Positions 16,138-26,947 of a stretch of 64,000 bases of DNA are shown here, piece by piece. The stretch covers positions 32,001 through 96,000 of the IMG/VR virus record IMGVR_UViG_3300034374_012521. One strand, given 5' to 3'. The notes beneath the pieces were generated by a model. It saw only the letters and a program-made list of their open reading frames with translations, was not told where the DNA came from and did not search any database. The translations under genes and the position numbers were made by a program. Position 1 is the first letter of the stretch; each line of letters starts with the position of its first letter. The DNA is from a virus.

Positions 16138-17253
16138 CTATATATCCTCAGAGATCTTTCTTATTTCCCTCTTGGATCTTGCTAATGCACTACCTATAAC
16201 ATGGTGCATATCATAGTACTTATACTCTGCTAAACGCCCTCCAAAAATATATTTGTCTGAAATCTGTTCAGCAAGTTTTTTATACCTACCATATATCTCC
16301 TTGTTTTTGTCGTCAGAGACTGGATAGAATCTTTCCTTACCAACCTCCCACTCTGCTGGATATTCCTTAGTAATAACAGTTTTATCTGTCTTAGTCCAAT
16401 CAAAGTGCTTGTGCTCACATATTCTAGTCCAAGGTATTTCAGCCTCCGTATAGTTCACAATTGCATTGCCCTGATAATCCTCTATATCCAACACCGATGT
16501 TTCAAAGTCTAGACTTCTGTATTCTAGCACCCCCTCGGAGAATTCAAAAAATTCATCTATGGGGCCGGTAAAAACTATCTTATGTGCCTGGGATTCCCAG
16601 TATTCTCTTTCCTGGAGGAAATCCACACCAAACCTTACTTCAACGTCTCCTTGAATGTTCTCTATCATCTTGGTATATCCACCTATAGGAATTCCCTGAT
16701 ATCGATCAAAGAAATAATTCTCGTCGTAGGTTAATCTGATTGGAAGTCTCCTGATTATAAATGATGGAAGTTCCTTAGGATCCCTGCCCCATTGCTTTGT
16801 TGTATATCCTTTTATGAATGTTTCATAAATTTCCTCACCAACCTCATTTAAAACCCATTCTTCAAGATTGGATGGGTTCTTGATTTTTACCTTTACCTCA
16901 TCGAGTTTTTTTCTGGCTTCCTCTGGGGTTGATACACCAAATAGCTGGTGAAGTGTCATTAGGTTTATTGGGAATGAATACATTCTATTCCCATGCCTTA
17001 CCTTGGGTTTGTTTACGTAATTGTTGAACTCTGCAAATCTGTTTACGTATTCCCAAATACCCTTGTCCGAGGTATGAAAAATGTGTGGGCCGTATTTGTG
17101 GACCTCTATTCCCTCAACATTCTCTGTGTAGCAATTTCCACCATTGTGGTCTCTCCTTTCGAGGATAATGCATTTCTTGCCTGCCTCAGTTGCTTGTTGT
17201 GCAAATACACTACCGAAGAGACCTGATCCAACAATAATATAATCGAAGGTCAT
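16138..17253 (-). CDS. glf: UDP-galactopyranose mutase
   Basis: GSGLFG, HKYGPHIFHT, YQGIP, GRLAEYKYYDM. Confidence 0.95.
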   Translation of the reverse strand: MTFDYIIVGSGLFGSVFAQQATEAGKKCIILERRDHNGGNCYTENVEGIEVHKYGPHIFHTSDKGIWEYVNRFAEFNNYVNKPKVRHGNRMYSFPINLMTLHQLFGVSTPEEARKKLDEVKVKIKNPSNLEEWVLNEVGEEIYETFIKGYTTKQWGRDPKELPSFIIRRLPIRLTYDENYFFDRYQGIPIGGYTKMIENIQGDVEVRFGVDFLQEREYWESQAHKIVFTGPIDEFFEFSEGVLEYRSLDFETSVLDIEDYQGNAIVNYTEAEIPWTRICEHKHFDWTKTDKTVITKEYPAEWEVGKERFYPVSDDKNKEIYGRYKKLAEQISDKYIFGGRLAEYKYYDMHHVIGSALARSKREIRKISEDI

Positions 17254-17254
17254 A

Positions 17255-17788
17255 TTAAATTTCCTCGTCGCTTCTTATCCCCCAAAAATAGAGATCGTTT
17301 GGGTCCTCGTTTGTTGAAAACCCAAATTGGGAAAACATCCTACTCAGGGGTAGATGATTGGTAAAATCATTTACGTTTAAATTCCGATAATAATCAGTAG
17401 TAAATGGACTATCCCAAGGGTTAGACCTATTAGTCCCATGCTCTGGTCTGCCGTCCCGGGCACAGCTAAACGTAACCAAACCACCAGGCTTAGTTAGCCT
17501 TACCATTTGGGTAAAAGTCAAAGACCAAAACTCGTCGTGCTCAAAACACTCACTTGAAATTGAAACATCAAACTTTTTACCAGGATTAAATAGATGTCCC
17601 TTTGATACAACATCCACGTTGTTACCCTCTCCGATATCAACGCCTATATAATTGGAATTGCTGAAAAGGTATCTATTATTTCCGTTTAGATCCATAGATC
17701 CGATATCAACTACATCAACATTATCAAATTTATCGGGGAAGTTCTTTCTTACACCAATAAAAAAATCAATTTGTTCTTTATGAGCCAT
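17255..17788 (-). CDS. class I SAM-dependent methyltransferase
   Basis: VDIGSMD, GVDI, FDV..SECFEH, KPGG. Confidence 0.85.
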   Translation of the reverse strand: MAHKEQIDFFIGVRKNFPDKFDNVDVVDIGSMDLNGNNRYLFSNSNYIGVDIGEGNNVDVVSKGHLFNPGKKFDVSISSECFEHDEFWSLTFTQMVRLTKPGGLVTFSCARDGRPEHGTNRSNPWDSPFTTDYYRNLNVNDFTNHLPLSRMFSQFGFSTNEDPNDLYFWGIRSDEEI

Positions 17789-17791
17789 TCT

Positions 17792-18571
17792 TTAATTTTT
17801 TCTATAGAAGGTTAGTGCCAATAAATCCTCAATATCATTTTTATTGGCATTATCAAATTCATCCCAGGTACGGTAATACTCTGGGCTTCCCTGCTGTAAA
17901 TCTGATCTTCCTCTATCGATCTTTTTCCGATATTCATCCCGGGTCTTAGAGAAATAGTGATTTATCTGTGCTATTTCAGTATCCCCCCTTTGATTATAAG
18001 GACCTTCAGTTCTTAATCCCTCTGGTGAAATACCATCATAATAATAAAAGTGAGGATTAACAAAATATCCCGGTGATATCCCCGGGCTCATCTTTACTAT
18101 AGATTTGATTGTGTTCTCACACCCAATCTGCCTCTTTGTGAATCTTTCTAACACCCCGGTAGTTCCCTCTGGAAATTCAGATATCCCGTTATCACCAAAG
18201 AAAACCCAGTTTATTCCAATTTGATTTGTCTCGAATTGGTTAGATATATCAAATACAAAATCCTTAACACCCTGATGCTTTTTGAGAACCAAAAATTCAT
18301 CAACATCAAAAAAAGCTGCCCAATCGTATTGGTCTGAATGATTTTCTAGGAAATGCCGATAGGACTTCATGTGCATCCCATCTCCGTTAATTTCTATAGT
18401 TTTTACCCTCTCGTTGTTACTGGAATATTCCCAGTCGTTTAGATAAAGATGTATCTGGTCAAACCCAAGCTTGAGGTTGTATTCTATCCATTCCCCTATA
18501 TAGGGATCTTCGTCCTTTGCCATCGCGACAAGAGCTATTCTCATTCCAGCCATTCTTCTAATTTTTAACAC
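17792..18571 (-). CDS. glycosyltransferase (GT92/GT2-like)
   Basis: KDEDPYIGEWIEY, FFDVDEFL, INHYFSKT. Confidence 0.85.
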   Translation of the reverse strand: MLKIRRMAGMRIALVAMAKDEDPYIGEWIEYNLKLGFDQIHLYLNDWEYSSNNERVKTIEINGDGMHMKSYRHFLENHSDQYDWAAFFDVDEFLVLKKHQGVKDFVFDISNQFETNQIGINWVFFGDNGISEFPEGTTGVLERFTKRQIGCENTIKSIVKMSPGISPGYFVNPHFYYYDGISPEGLRTEGPYNQRGDTEIAQINHYFSKTRDEYRKKIDRGRSDLQQGSPEYYRTWDEFDNANKNDIEDLLALTFYRKN

Positions 18572-18839
18572 TCATGCTTGGAGGAATCCCTGAAGAAAGA
18601 TGATCAACTTCCAAAGCGTCGTAGATTGACTTTAGACTTTTACATTTTTCAAACTCGTCTTCTAGTTCCAAGAAATCAATTAATTCACGTATTCTTTCGC
18701 ACTTAAATGCTGTTGAGAAATATTTATCCATAATAAAGGCAACTCTGTGCTTCATTATCATAGAATAATTCTCATACATGAATTCTCGATACTCTTCAAA
18801 CCCCTCGTCAAAGAGATGCTCTGTTAAGGGATCTATCAT
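18558..18839 (-). CDS. hypothetical protein
   Basis: ORF in operon. Confidence 0.65.
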   Translation of the reverse strand: MIDPLTEHLFDEGFEEYREFMYENYSMIMKHRVAFIMDKYFSTAFKCERIRELIDFLELEDEFEKCKSLKSIYDALEVDHLSSGIPPSMSVKN

Positions 18840-19237
18840 TCCTTATCGATATTTCTAAGTCTTAACCAGTTCTTGATACTCAATATAGCGGTGGTTAGAA
18901 TAACCATACCTCCAATAAAGAATAAACCGTCGAATTCATTATAATCAGACATAAGATATGTGAGTTCGACCAAACCAATCATATAGCCAAACCACATTAT
19001 CAACCATATAATATCAGGGATTCTTTTAACTTTCTTTTCGACCTTTTCTACTTTTTCATCATGAACCACTCTTGATAGGGCATCCTGTAGGTCCTTACCA
19101 TAGGCAGGTACCTTACTTATTTTGCCATCTTCTGATAATATGGTTACCTCATATTTAAGCCACTCTGGAAAGGACTCTGAGGTTTTTCTATATTCTGCGT
19201 GAATTGCTTTCTTTTTATTTTTCTTTTTCTTTTTCAT
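18836..19237 (-). CDS. hypothetical membrane protein
   Basis: Two C-terminal hydrophobic segments. Confidence 0.7.
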   Translation of the reverse strand: MKKKKKNKKKAIHAEYRKTSESFPEWLKYEVTILSEDGKISKVPAYGKDLQDALSRVVHDEKVEKVEKKVKRIPDIIWLIMWFGYMIGLVELTYLMSDYNEFDGLFFIGGMVILTTAILSIKNWLRLRNIDKE

Positions 19238-19403
19238 GGTATTTTTGGTCTAATGATTTGAGATATTCGAGAGATTCTGATGAACCTATAAGTGCATCCG
19301 GTGAATAAAGGTAAACACGTAGGAACGTTCGATCATCCTCATATCTTTCTCTAATTGCTTTTAGAGAGGAGAGGTCCGGTAAAAATTTCTTATTAAATCC
19401 CAT
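19215..19403 (-). CDS. hypothetical protein
   Basis: Short ORF coupled to the polymerase gene. Confidence 0.65.
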   Translation of the reverse strand: MGFNKKFLPDLSSLKAIRERYEDDRTFLRVYLYSPDALIGSSESLEYLKSLDQKYHEKEKEK

Positions 19404-20549
19404 TTAGAATAGTGTGTTAATCATAAAGAGGTTGGGTGATATTGGATTGTGCCCCATCACCTCTATGAATCGGTTGATTGGGTCTAAGATTGTTTTGGTA
19501 AACTGCTGATCAAAATCTATAGGGGGTGCAAATTCATAAGGGTGTGTTCCTTGAGAATAAGCAAAAACGTTATTGTCACCTGGATTTTTAACCTTAACAA
19601 AATAAAATCTTACTTTTTCTCCTCCTCCAATAAGTGGATACTTGTCCTTGTACTTAGTTGAATTTAGCAAGAAGTTGTGATAAGCAGATGCTCTAACATG
19701 AATTGGGCAGCCTTTGGCAACCTCGAGTGCAGTAGTATCGTTTAAAACAAACTTTTGGTAATTGTTGACGTTCACGGCAACCGAGATGTTTTCAGGTTCC
19801 TGTGCTTTGAAGTCTTTTTTGATAGCCTTTAATTCCTGAACAAACTCCCTAAGTTCAAACCCACCACCTTTGCTAAAAATAAACTTAGTCAAGTAAATAA
19901 GCTTTTCCCTTACAAAAGATGGGGTTCCACCTTTTACCATCTCAACCCCAGTGGTTTTAATTGAGCTTAGAGGCTCTGAATGTACACCATCAGAATAAAC
20001 AATGTTCGTAACATACTTTTTCTTACCAAGGAAAATACCGTTGATCGAAAGGGTTTCCATCTCAAAATCTTGATAATTATCTGTGCCCCATTTTTCAGCA
20101 TAGATATCAAAACACTTTTTGAGATATCCAACCAACCGGTGTTCGTTAATTGCAAGAATTAAATCCTTATCATTACCCTTCCAGCCTTCACAGGAAGCAA
20201 CTACCTCCTGGAAAGTAACATAGTTAGAATCTGTATCCCCATACACCACCATTGGTTTGTGTATCTTTTTGACGTTAGTAAGACCGAGCTTGTCGTGTAA
20301 CTCTTTGTCTTTGTGCCAAAATTCGTGGAAGTACTTATGCAAAATTTTCTCTGAGTGCTTGATCAAATCCTGCCCCTGCAAAGTCACAGCCTCAGCAACC
20401 TCAGGATTGAAGCAGACGAACCAACTATTACCAATCGCTCCGTAGATGGAGTTCATAGTTAACTTAATAGCTTGTTCTTCGTTTTTGAGCTCGTTTTTTA
20501 AAGCAGTGAGCTTTTCAATTTTTTCCTTAAGGTCTTGTACTTCAGACAT
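19404..20549 (-). CDS. family B DNA polymerase, C-terminal subunit (gp43B-like)
   Basis: Motif B KLTMNSIYG, motif C YGDTDS, KKKY; lacks the exonuclease domain and motif A. Confidence 0.92.
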   Translation of the reverse strand: MSEVQDLKEKIEKLTALKNELKNEEQAIKLTMNSIYGAIGNSWFVCFNPEVAEAVTLQGQDLIKHSEKILHKYFHEFWHKDKELHDKLGLTNVKKIHKPMVVYGDTDSNYVTFQEVVASCEGWKGNDKDLILAINEHRLVGYLKKCFDIYAEKWGTDNYQDFEMETLSINGIFLGKKKYVTNIVYSDGVHSEPLSSIKTTGVEMVKGGTPSFVREKLIYLTKFIFSKGGGFELREFVQELKAIKKDFKAQEPENISVAVNVNNYQKFVLNDTTALEVAKGCPIHVRASAYHNFLLNSTKYKDKYPLIGGGEKVRFYFVKVKNPGDNNVFAYSQGTHPYEFAPPIDFDQQFTKTILDPINRFIEVMGHNPISPNLFMINTLF

Positions 20550-20551
20550 TT

Positions 20552-21313
20552 TTATTTTTCTATAATTCCTACTGCAGTTGAAGTGTCTGTTTGCTCAGAG
20601 AAGAAAACAATTCTATTTTCGTGAACATAACAGGAGGAGGACTCAGCATCTACGTAATTAAGATGAGATTTATAGATAGAAGACTCGAGTGGATCTTGGA
20701 CCTCAATCTCGGATGGGCCTATGTTTAATTTATAATCGAATGAATCCCCGTTAATTTTTACCTGCTCTTTATTAACTCGATACACAAGCAATTCTTCGGA
20801 ATTAGATTCCAATCCACAAAGAGACATTACGGACGAAAAATCGGAATTATAAATCTTGAAGTTAGATAATGCATCTTCTTGGGAATGAACCATGCTCAAA
20901 ATAGTATCTTCTACATAAGAAAGCAAGGATAGGTCTGCACATCTTATTTTGATTTTCAAGGAAGGAGAAACGACTTGCATTTCAGAGGCAACACATTCAC
21001 CATCTACCTCATTAATATTTAGATCCAAATGTATATCTTCTTCAGGGCGGAAGTGCTTGAAGCAATCCATCAGTTTGGTAACATCAATTAAACCAATCTT
21101 AATACGATCACATCCTAGATCATCAAACCCAGGTACATCTTCGAAAACTTGACTGATATCAACAGACGAGTATTTCATTACTGATTTATCAGGAGTGTGG
21201 ACCTTACAGAACAACTTTTCCTCATTTAGCTCTAAAAGAACACTCTTATCAACAACCTTTAGCTTCTTGAGGAAAGCTATTAGATTATTCGTGCTTGTAA
21301 CCCTAATCTTCAT
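20552..21313 (-). CDS. probable sliding clamp (gp45/PCNA-like)
   Basis: 253 aa, acidic, adjacent to the polymerase; N-terminal pattern resembles clamps. Confidence 0.55.
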   Translation of the reverse strand: MKIRVTSTNNLIAFLKKLKVVDKSVLLELNEEKLFCKVHTPDKSVMKYSSVDISQVFEDVPGFDDLGCDRIKIGLIDVTKLMDCFKHFRPEEDIHLDLNINEVDGECVASEMQVVSPSLKIKIRCADLSLLSYVEDTILSMVHSQEDALSNFKIYNSDFSSVMSLCGLESNSEELLVYRVNKEQVKINGDSFDYKLNIGPSEIEVQDPLESSIYKSHLNYVDAESSSCYVHENRIVFFSEQTDTSTAVGIIEK

Positions 21314-21372
21314 TTCTTACGTTTTAACTTTATTCTTCTATAGAGATAAAACGAATTGTTTTCGTCTATCAC

Positions 21373-21402
21373 AAAAAAAATCCTAGCGTTTAGCTAGGAT
21401 TT
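21373..21402 (-). terminator. intrinsic terminator
   Basis: AAATCCTAGC/GCTAGGATTT plus U-tract. Confidence 0.8.
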
Positions 21403-21424
21403 CTAAATGTCTATCTAGAATAAC

Positions 21425-22405
21425 CTACATGGTAGATTTTATTGTATCTATGATAATTCTCTTGTCCACCGGATTAAGGGTTTTAGCCCATTTTCTAACG
21501 CTTTGTACATCGGTTGGGTAAGTTTGGGAATCTCCGCTAAAGTCTGATTTTCCCTCTTTATCATCACTATCAGATTGGCTTAAGGAGCCACTCTGTTTGG
21601 ATTTTTCAGCGTCAAAAGCTTTATCGGCAAAAGAATTAAGGTCCTTAACCACCCTATCTACGCCTTGTTTAGCTTCTTTAGAAATATCCTTGGTGGGGAT
21701 TTTATCTAAATTCCCCTTAATGTCCTCTTTCTTACCAATACCAAAATCGATTTTAGATCCATTAATATTGCTATTAAGGTCACTTGCCAAAGCAAGTATT
21801 AGATCATTATTTAGGGTTACCTTTTCGTTGTTGAATAGTTGGGAAAATCCATTACCAATCATTTCATAAAAAAGCTTAACCTGATCTCCAATGTCTTTTT
21901 TATACCCAGCATACGAGCTAGAGTCTGAAAGGGTATCTCCCAGACCCGACATAACTTCATCATAAGTTGTGTCTTGATCTAGGATAGTAAATTTTGATAT
22001 TAAACCTCTTTCAATCTTACTAAATTCGTTCCATACTTGAGGCCAAGCTTCTTTCCAGAATGACTCTGGAGAAGCACTTTTATTTTCTATTACATTTTTA
22101 CCTTCGAACTCAACAGTAGGTAAAATATATGCTATTAGGGTTGGTAAAACCTTTTTTGAAATTCGATTGAAAGCCGCGTTAAAAATCGCACGGTCAGATT
22201 TTTTTTCGATATTTCCTGAAGAAATCTCTTTAATGTTTTCAAGCCATGCATCAACTAAAGAAATAGCAATATCATACGGTTTGATGGATTCACCATTAAT
22301 CTCAATCTCCTTATCTAAGGGTAAGCCAGATCCGGACCAATTAACATTTAATGCTTCGTCAAGGGAAAGAAAGTACCTTTTAGAAAAGCTATGTATGTTT
22401 TCCAT
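21425..22405 (-). CDS. hypothetical protein with CTS-like N-terminus
   Basis: MENIHSFSKRYFLSLDEA. Confidence 0.7.
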   Translation of the reverse strand: MENIHSFSKRYFLSLDEALNVNWSGSGLPLDKEIEINGESIKPYDIAISLVDAWLENIKEISSGNIEKKSDRAIFNAAFNRISKKVLPTLIAYILPTVEFEGKNVIENKSASPESFWKEAWPQVWNEFSKIERGLISKFTILDQDTTYDEVMSGLGDTLSDSSSYAGYKKDIGDQVKLFYEMIGNGFSQLFNNEKVTLNNDLILALASDLNSNINGSKIDFGIGKKEDIKGNLDKIPTKDISKEAKQGVDRVVKDLNSFADKAFDAEKSKQSGSLSQSDSDDKEGKSDFSGDSQTYPTDVQSVRKWAKTLNPVDKRIIIDTIKSTM

Positions 22406-22421
22406 TAGGAAGATTTTTAGC

Positions 22422-23798
22422 TTATATATCTTCCTCGTCCTCCTCTTCTAGATCAAAAATCTCAATCTCGGGGTCAATAGAAATGCTCTTAGGTACTATT
22501 GATTTAGGAATAAGTGATGCAGATTTGTTTTTCTTTAAGGCATCAGTAACCTTTTTAACAATCTGTTTCTGCTTTGTGATTGCTTTTTTAGTTTCTTGGA
22601 TACGCTTTTTGATGTCCTTAATCATATTTTCGGTTTCCTTAATATGATCAGATGAAAGCTTCACTATCTGTATTTGAGAAAGTCTGGATGATATCCATTT
22701 AGCAAATTTATTGAGAAATTCTACAATCTCCTTATTTTGCCTTTTCTTTTGACTCATGAAGATAAGGAACTTAAGTTTTGCCTCGAGAAATTCCAGATCA
22801 AGCTTAAGGTCTACCTCATCCTTCATTAACCTCTTAAGTCGAACATTTTCTAAATGGACCTTAAAAGAATCTAGATATGACTTTACAGAATCGAACTGAG
22901 CTACAGAGCCATCTTTAATGAACACAACATTTTCCCTGACAACTATTTGGGTCTGTTTCTTAATGACATCCACTGCATCTTTAAATTCCTTTGGAGAAAC
23001 CTTTTTTAGTGATATGCCAATGTCACACTTACTTTGCGAGTTGTTTTGCATATAGTATTCATACCCATATGCTTCGAGTTTAGTCAGAAGTTTTTTCATG
23101 AAAGACTCGTACCTCATAATTGGAGGAAGATCGAATATCCTGATCGTCTTTTTCCTTTCATTTATTTCAAATCCACTCTCTATGATCCAGGAATCATCGG
23201 AATCTAGTTTATAGATTTTACCAGAAAAGTCTTTAAAATATGGTTTAAGAAGTTTGTTTTTCCCCTCCAAATATTCTACAATATCCTCAACCTTACGTGG
23301 CAAGATGTTGCTTCGATATCCTACAGCAATCCCTACTATGTGAGTTAAGAGACCAATTGGTATTTCCAAATGAAGCCAATCGTGACCACCTTCCTCATTT
23401 TTTTCATTAAGGTCTTTGTGCTTTTCTACAATATCCTTAATGTTCCTATTAATCTTAACTGCAGTGTATCTCGGGGCAGAAGGGTTAGGGTTAACAGGGG
23501 AACCGAAGAATCCATCACCCTCTAAAATTTCAAAGGAACAACCAAAGGGTCTAGCTAATTTGGAAATTGCACCAGCTAAAGAAGAATCTCCGTGATGGTA
23601 TAGACCAGTACGGATAACTTCCCCAACAAGCCCAATTGTCTTATTAAAAGAATTTGGACTGTTTTCAATAATGATCCTTTGTACTGGAGTTAAGGAATCA
23701 TAAAAGTTAGGAATTCCTCTTGATTGTAAGACATAAAGGGCATAATCCCTATATTTCTCATTTATCTGTTCTGTAATAGTTAATGTATTCGCCACCAA
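22422..23798 (-). CDS. type IIA topoisomerase subunit A (gp52/GyrA-like)
   Basis: RGIPNFYDSLTPVQR, YHHGDSS, SAPRYT (catalytic Tyr), GIAVGY. Confidence 0.9.
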   Translation of the reverse strand: MVANTLTITEQINEKYRDYALYVLQSRGIPNFYDSLTPVQRIIIENSPNSFNKTIGLVGEVIRTGLYHHGDSSLAGAISKLARPFGCSFEILEGDGFFGSPVNPNPSAPRYTAVKINRNIKDIVEKHKDLNEKNEEGGHDWLHLEIPIGLLTHIVGIAVGYRSNILPRKVEDIVEYLEGKNKLLKPYFKDFSGKIYKLDSDDSWIIESGFEINERKKTIRIFDLPPIMRYESFMKKLLTKLEAYGYEYYMQNNSQSKCDIGISLKKVSPKEFKDAVDVIKKQTQIVVRENVVFIKDGSVAQFDSVKSYLDSFKVHLENVRLKRLMKDEVDLKLDLEFLEAKLKFLIFMSQKKRQNKEIVEFLNKFAKWISSRLSQIQIVKLSSDHIKETENMIKDIKKRIQETKKAITKQKQIVKKVTDALKKNKSASLIPKSIVPKSISIDPEIEIFDLEEEDEEDI

Positions 23799-23850
23799 TA
23801 ATTGATTTACGGTAGTTCTATAATACTGAGGAAAGTTTGTTTCTAATTAT

Positions 23851-24930
23851 TTAAACATCATCTAGCTGGACAACGGCTAACTTAATAGATCTTTGCCCCT
23901 CGCTTTTAAGCTTATCTATTACCTCCTTGAGATCCCCAGAATTAGCAAAAACGATACAGCCAGCAGAATATGTGTTTACATTCCGTGAGGTTCCTCTTGA
24001 ACTAGCTCTGTGTATATTGATGCCGAATTTCCCGGTTTCTGTGTTACCAGGGGAAAAAGTTTTAAAGTCAATTTCTCCAGGCCCATTGACAGGTTCGTAG
24101 CGGTCAACAGTAATGTTACCGTTCTGTACAAAAGCTGGATATCCGTTGTGCTTTCCTATTTTGTAATCATAGACACCAGGTTGTACAATTGCTAACCCCT
24201 TAGGGTTAATAATATCTTTTTTGCCGTGTGTCATATACCAGTTCCTAAACTGTTGGACCATAAACATTGGCCCGGGTACAGTGGTTGCCTTGAAAGCCCA
24301 CACTTTATTATCCGACTCTGGAGACATTAGTACCAAAGCGTCAATAAAGTGGTTGTGAGATCTTTTCTTTTGGCTCAACTTATTCCTTAGGGCAACTAGT
24401 GTATATTTGTCCTTGTCGATCTTATTCCATTCTCCAGAAGATTCTAAAAATCCCTTGACCTTATTCCAAGTTAAACTATTAATTCCTCTATAGGTGTATG
24501 GAGAACTTGGCGGAAGTAAGGAAGCATTTGGTTCTATTGCTTCAAATGAGTTATCATTACTTCTAGCAATCTCTACGTTTCTTTCAACTCTTTCCCTTTC
24601 GGATCTGTTACCCCTGATATAAGATGCTATTTCATCAGATGTTTGTGGGGAATCTGAAACATTACCAGTCTCTATGTCAGTATTAGCTAATAGCCAATCC
24701 TCTAGCCCCCGTCCAACTTTAGTTGCCATTAAGAGGTCTAATCCGCTTATCTTACCTTTACCAAAAATTGTTCTCTTCTTTTGAGTTCCACCAGAATTTG
24801 TGGATTTGGAGGAAGATGAGGTTGGGGAATAAGCCTGATTAGTAGCTTGTTGTATAAACTCCCCAGCAGTTGAAGCTTCAGCCTCGTCTAATTTTTTCCT
24901 GAATTCACCAAAAGACTTTATCCTTCCCAT
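23851..24930 (-). CDS. putative virion protein with C-terminal L,D-transpeptidase (YkuD)-like domain
   Basis: GINIHRA...YSAGCIV; N-terminal IKSFGEF..LDEA. Confidence 0.6.
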   Translation of the reverse strand: MGRIKSFGEFRKKLDEAEASTAGEFIQQATNQAYSPTSSSSKSTNSGGTQKKRTIFGKGKISGLDLLMATKVGRGLEDWLLANTDIETGNVSDSPQTSDEIASYIRGNRSERERVERNVEIARSNDNSFEAIEPNASLLPPSSPYTYRGINSLTWNKVKGFLESSGEWNKIDKDKYTLVALRNKLSQKKRSHNHFIDALVLMSPESDNKVWAFKATTVPGPMFMVQQFRNWYMTHGKKDIINPKGLAIVQPGVYDYKIGKHNGYPAFVQNGNITVDRYEPVNGPGEIDFKTFSPGNTETGKFGINIHRASSRGTSRNVNTYSAGCIVFANSGDLKEVIDKLKSEGQRSIKLAVVQLDDV

Positions 24931-24967
24931 AGATTGGAAATATTTATCTTATATATCCTATGGAGTG

Positions 24968-25312
24968 TTATTCTTTACCGCTGAAAGAATAAAAGAATAC
25001 AACCAGACTATTCAATAGCACACTAACCCCGCTTGAAAGAAATCCATATGCAATGGTAGTAAGAGGATAGGATATCCAAAAATTGTGGGGCTGGGACGAA
25101 AGGTCACCCAGAGGATTATAAATAATTTCGCCGGTTGCTAAAATCCCCAGAATTATGCCAACCCAGAAACCACTACACTGCATACAGGAAAAAAGCTTAT
25201 GTAATGTAGGAGCTTTAATAAGAAGGTAGACTCTTAATCGGTCAAAAATAGTTCCATTTACTAGGATGGAGGTGATTGACCAGGCAATTAGTATAAAATA
25301 TAAATCTTTCAT
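24968..25312 (-). CDS. membrane protein (DUF1360-like)
   Basis: Hydrophobic; LFSCMQCSGFWVG. Confidence 0.6.
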   Translation of the reverse strand: MKDLYFILIAWSITSILVNGTIFDRLRVYLLIKAPTLHKLFSCMQCSGFWVGIILGILATGEIIYNPLGDLSSQPHNFWISYPLTTIAYGFLSSGVSVLLNSLVVFFYSFSGKE

Positions 25313-26331
25313 TAGAAATGATCCTTGTAGTTTTCTATAAATTCTTGCTGATTGGGGGATAAATTTTTAGGTACTTTTATACCAATCTTAACCAATATAT
25401 CTCCTCGGTAAGTCGAGTTAAATTCAGGAACCCCCTTACCAGCTAATCTAAAAATCTTTCCGGGTGGTGTTCCAGGTGGAATTGTAATTTTATATTCTCC
25501 TCCGGAAACTAGATTAGGAATATGGACCTCCTTACCAAGGCATGCTTCTGGGAAAGAAAGATCTACATCACATATCAAATTATACCCATCTCTTCTGAAA
25601 AATTCGTGTTTTTTGTCATAGACATTAACAACAAGATCACCAGGGTCTGATGGGGATTTAGCATGATCTCCTTTTTGAGGAACTCTAAATGTTATACCAG
25701 TAACAGATCCCTTTGGAATCTGAATTTCAATCTGGTCTGGCTTTCTAACAACCCCTGCTCCTCCACAGGTTTTACACATTGACTTTGGAATCTTTCCTGT
25801 GCCTTCACATGCATAACAGGTTTCATCCATTGCCATTTGGCCAAAATTGGTATTTACTATTCGTCTTTTAACACCCATTCCAGCACAGACATGGCAGGTA
25901 TCAAGTTCCGAGTTATGTGCACCAGTTCCTTTACAATCAGAACATTGCATCTTCCTGTAAAGGTTAGCGTTCTTCTTAGTCCCATTGAGAACCTCTTCTA
26001 AGGTAATTTCAACTTTTGCGTTGATGTTGTTACCTTTTTTGATAACATCACCCTCATAGAAATTACTACCTCTAAAACCCCCGAAATCACCACCAAAGGG
26101 ATTTCTACCAAAACCTCCAAAGGGATTTGGATTATCATATTTAGATTTCTTTTCGGGATTACTGAGTGTATCGTAAGCCTCAGCTATTTCTTTGAACTTT
26201 TTCTCAGATTCCGGATCACCACCTGATTTATCTGGGTGATATTTCAGGGCTAATTTTCGATAAGCCTTCTTTATCTCCTCAGGAGTAGAATTCCTATTTA
26301 CTCCAAGTATATTGTAATAATCTGGCTTCAT
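25312..26331 (-). CDS. dnaJ: chaperone DnaJ
   Basis: J domain with HPD, G/F region, four CxxCxGxG repeats. Confidence 0.95.
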   Translation of the reverse strand: MKPDYYNILGVNRNSTPEEIKKAYRKLALKYHPDKSGGDPESEKKFKEIAEAYDTLSNPEKKSKYDNPNPFGGFGRNPFGGDFGGFRGSNFYEGDVIKKGNNINAKVEITLEEVLNGTKKNANLYRKMQCSDCKGTGAHNSELDTCHVCAGMGVKRRIVNTNFGQMAMDETCYACEGTGKIPKSMCKTCGGAGVVRKPDQIEIQIPKGSVTGITFRVPQKGDHAKSPSDPGDLVVNVYDKKHEFFRRDGYNLICDVDLSFPEACLGKEVHIPNLVSGGEYKITIPPGTPPGKIFRLAGKGVPEFNSTYRGDILVKIGIKVPKNLSPNQQEFIENYKDHF

Positions 26332-26340
26332 GTATTATCC

Positions 26341-26688
26341 TTAGAAAGAGGATTTAAGCCATTCTCGAATTACCATTTCTTTCCCTCTGTCTAATGGGGG
26401 AATATCAAACCATTTTTTCTTTAGTTGCTTCCTCAGCGAAACTATCTCACCACAAATTTCGTAGTCTTCTTCTGATTCCCAATATGAAATCATCCTGCTA
26501 CAAAAATCATCTATCTTTTCCTCGTCATCGAAAATATAAACGAAATCCTCTGGTTGTAATCTCAAAGCATTTAGAAACAAGTCCTGTACTGCTCTTTCCA
26601 CATGGCACTTCAAGATAGCATATTGTGGATGATCGTCAAACGAAGATCCCCAATCAAAAAAGTGATAGCTTCCAGGTCCTATATTCAT
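26341..26688 (-). CDS. hypothetical protein
   Basis: ORF in operon. Confidence 0.65.
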   Translation of the reverse strand: MNIGPGSYHFFDWGSSFDDHPQYAILKCHVERAVQDLFLNALRLQPEDFVYIFDDEEKIDDFCSRMISYWESEEDYEICGEIVSLRKQLKKKWFDIPPLDRGKEMVIREWLKSSF

Positions 26689-26695
26689 TGGTTTG

Positions 26696-26947
26696 TTATG
26701 AGTCTAAAAATCTATATATCTCTATATAAACCTTTTGGTCGACTAAATCGCTAAAATTAACTTTAAGTTTATCCAAAACGAGATCTACCTTATCCTTACC
26801 AAAGTTTGAATATAATACATCCCTTTTTATTTGCATTTCCATTTCATCGTCCCTTTTATATCTTACGGGAGAATCTTTTAGGTTAAGAATCGTTTTTTCA
26901 AATTCTTCAAATTTTTTTAGATCTTCTTTTGTTAACTCTTCAGGCAT
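26696..26947 (-). CDS. hypothetical protein
   Basis: ORF in operon. Confidence 0.6.
   Translation of the reverse strand: MPEELTKEDLKKFEEFEKTILNLKDSPVRYKRDDEMEMQIKRDVLYSNFGKDKVDLVLDKLKVNFSDLVDQKVYIEIYRFLDS

Noticed and set aside
19404-20549. Polymerase pseudogene or split intein
   Set aside because: Both halves keep intact catalytic motifs, and there are no intein Cys/His-Asn termini.
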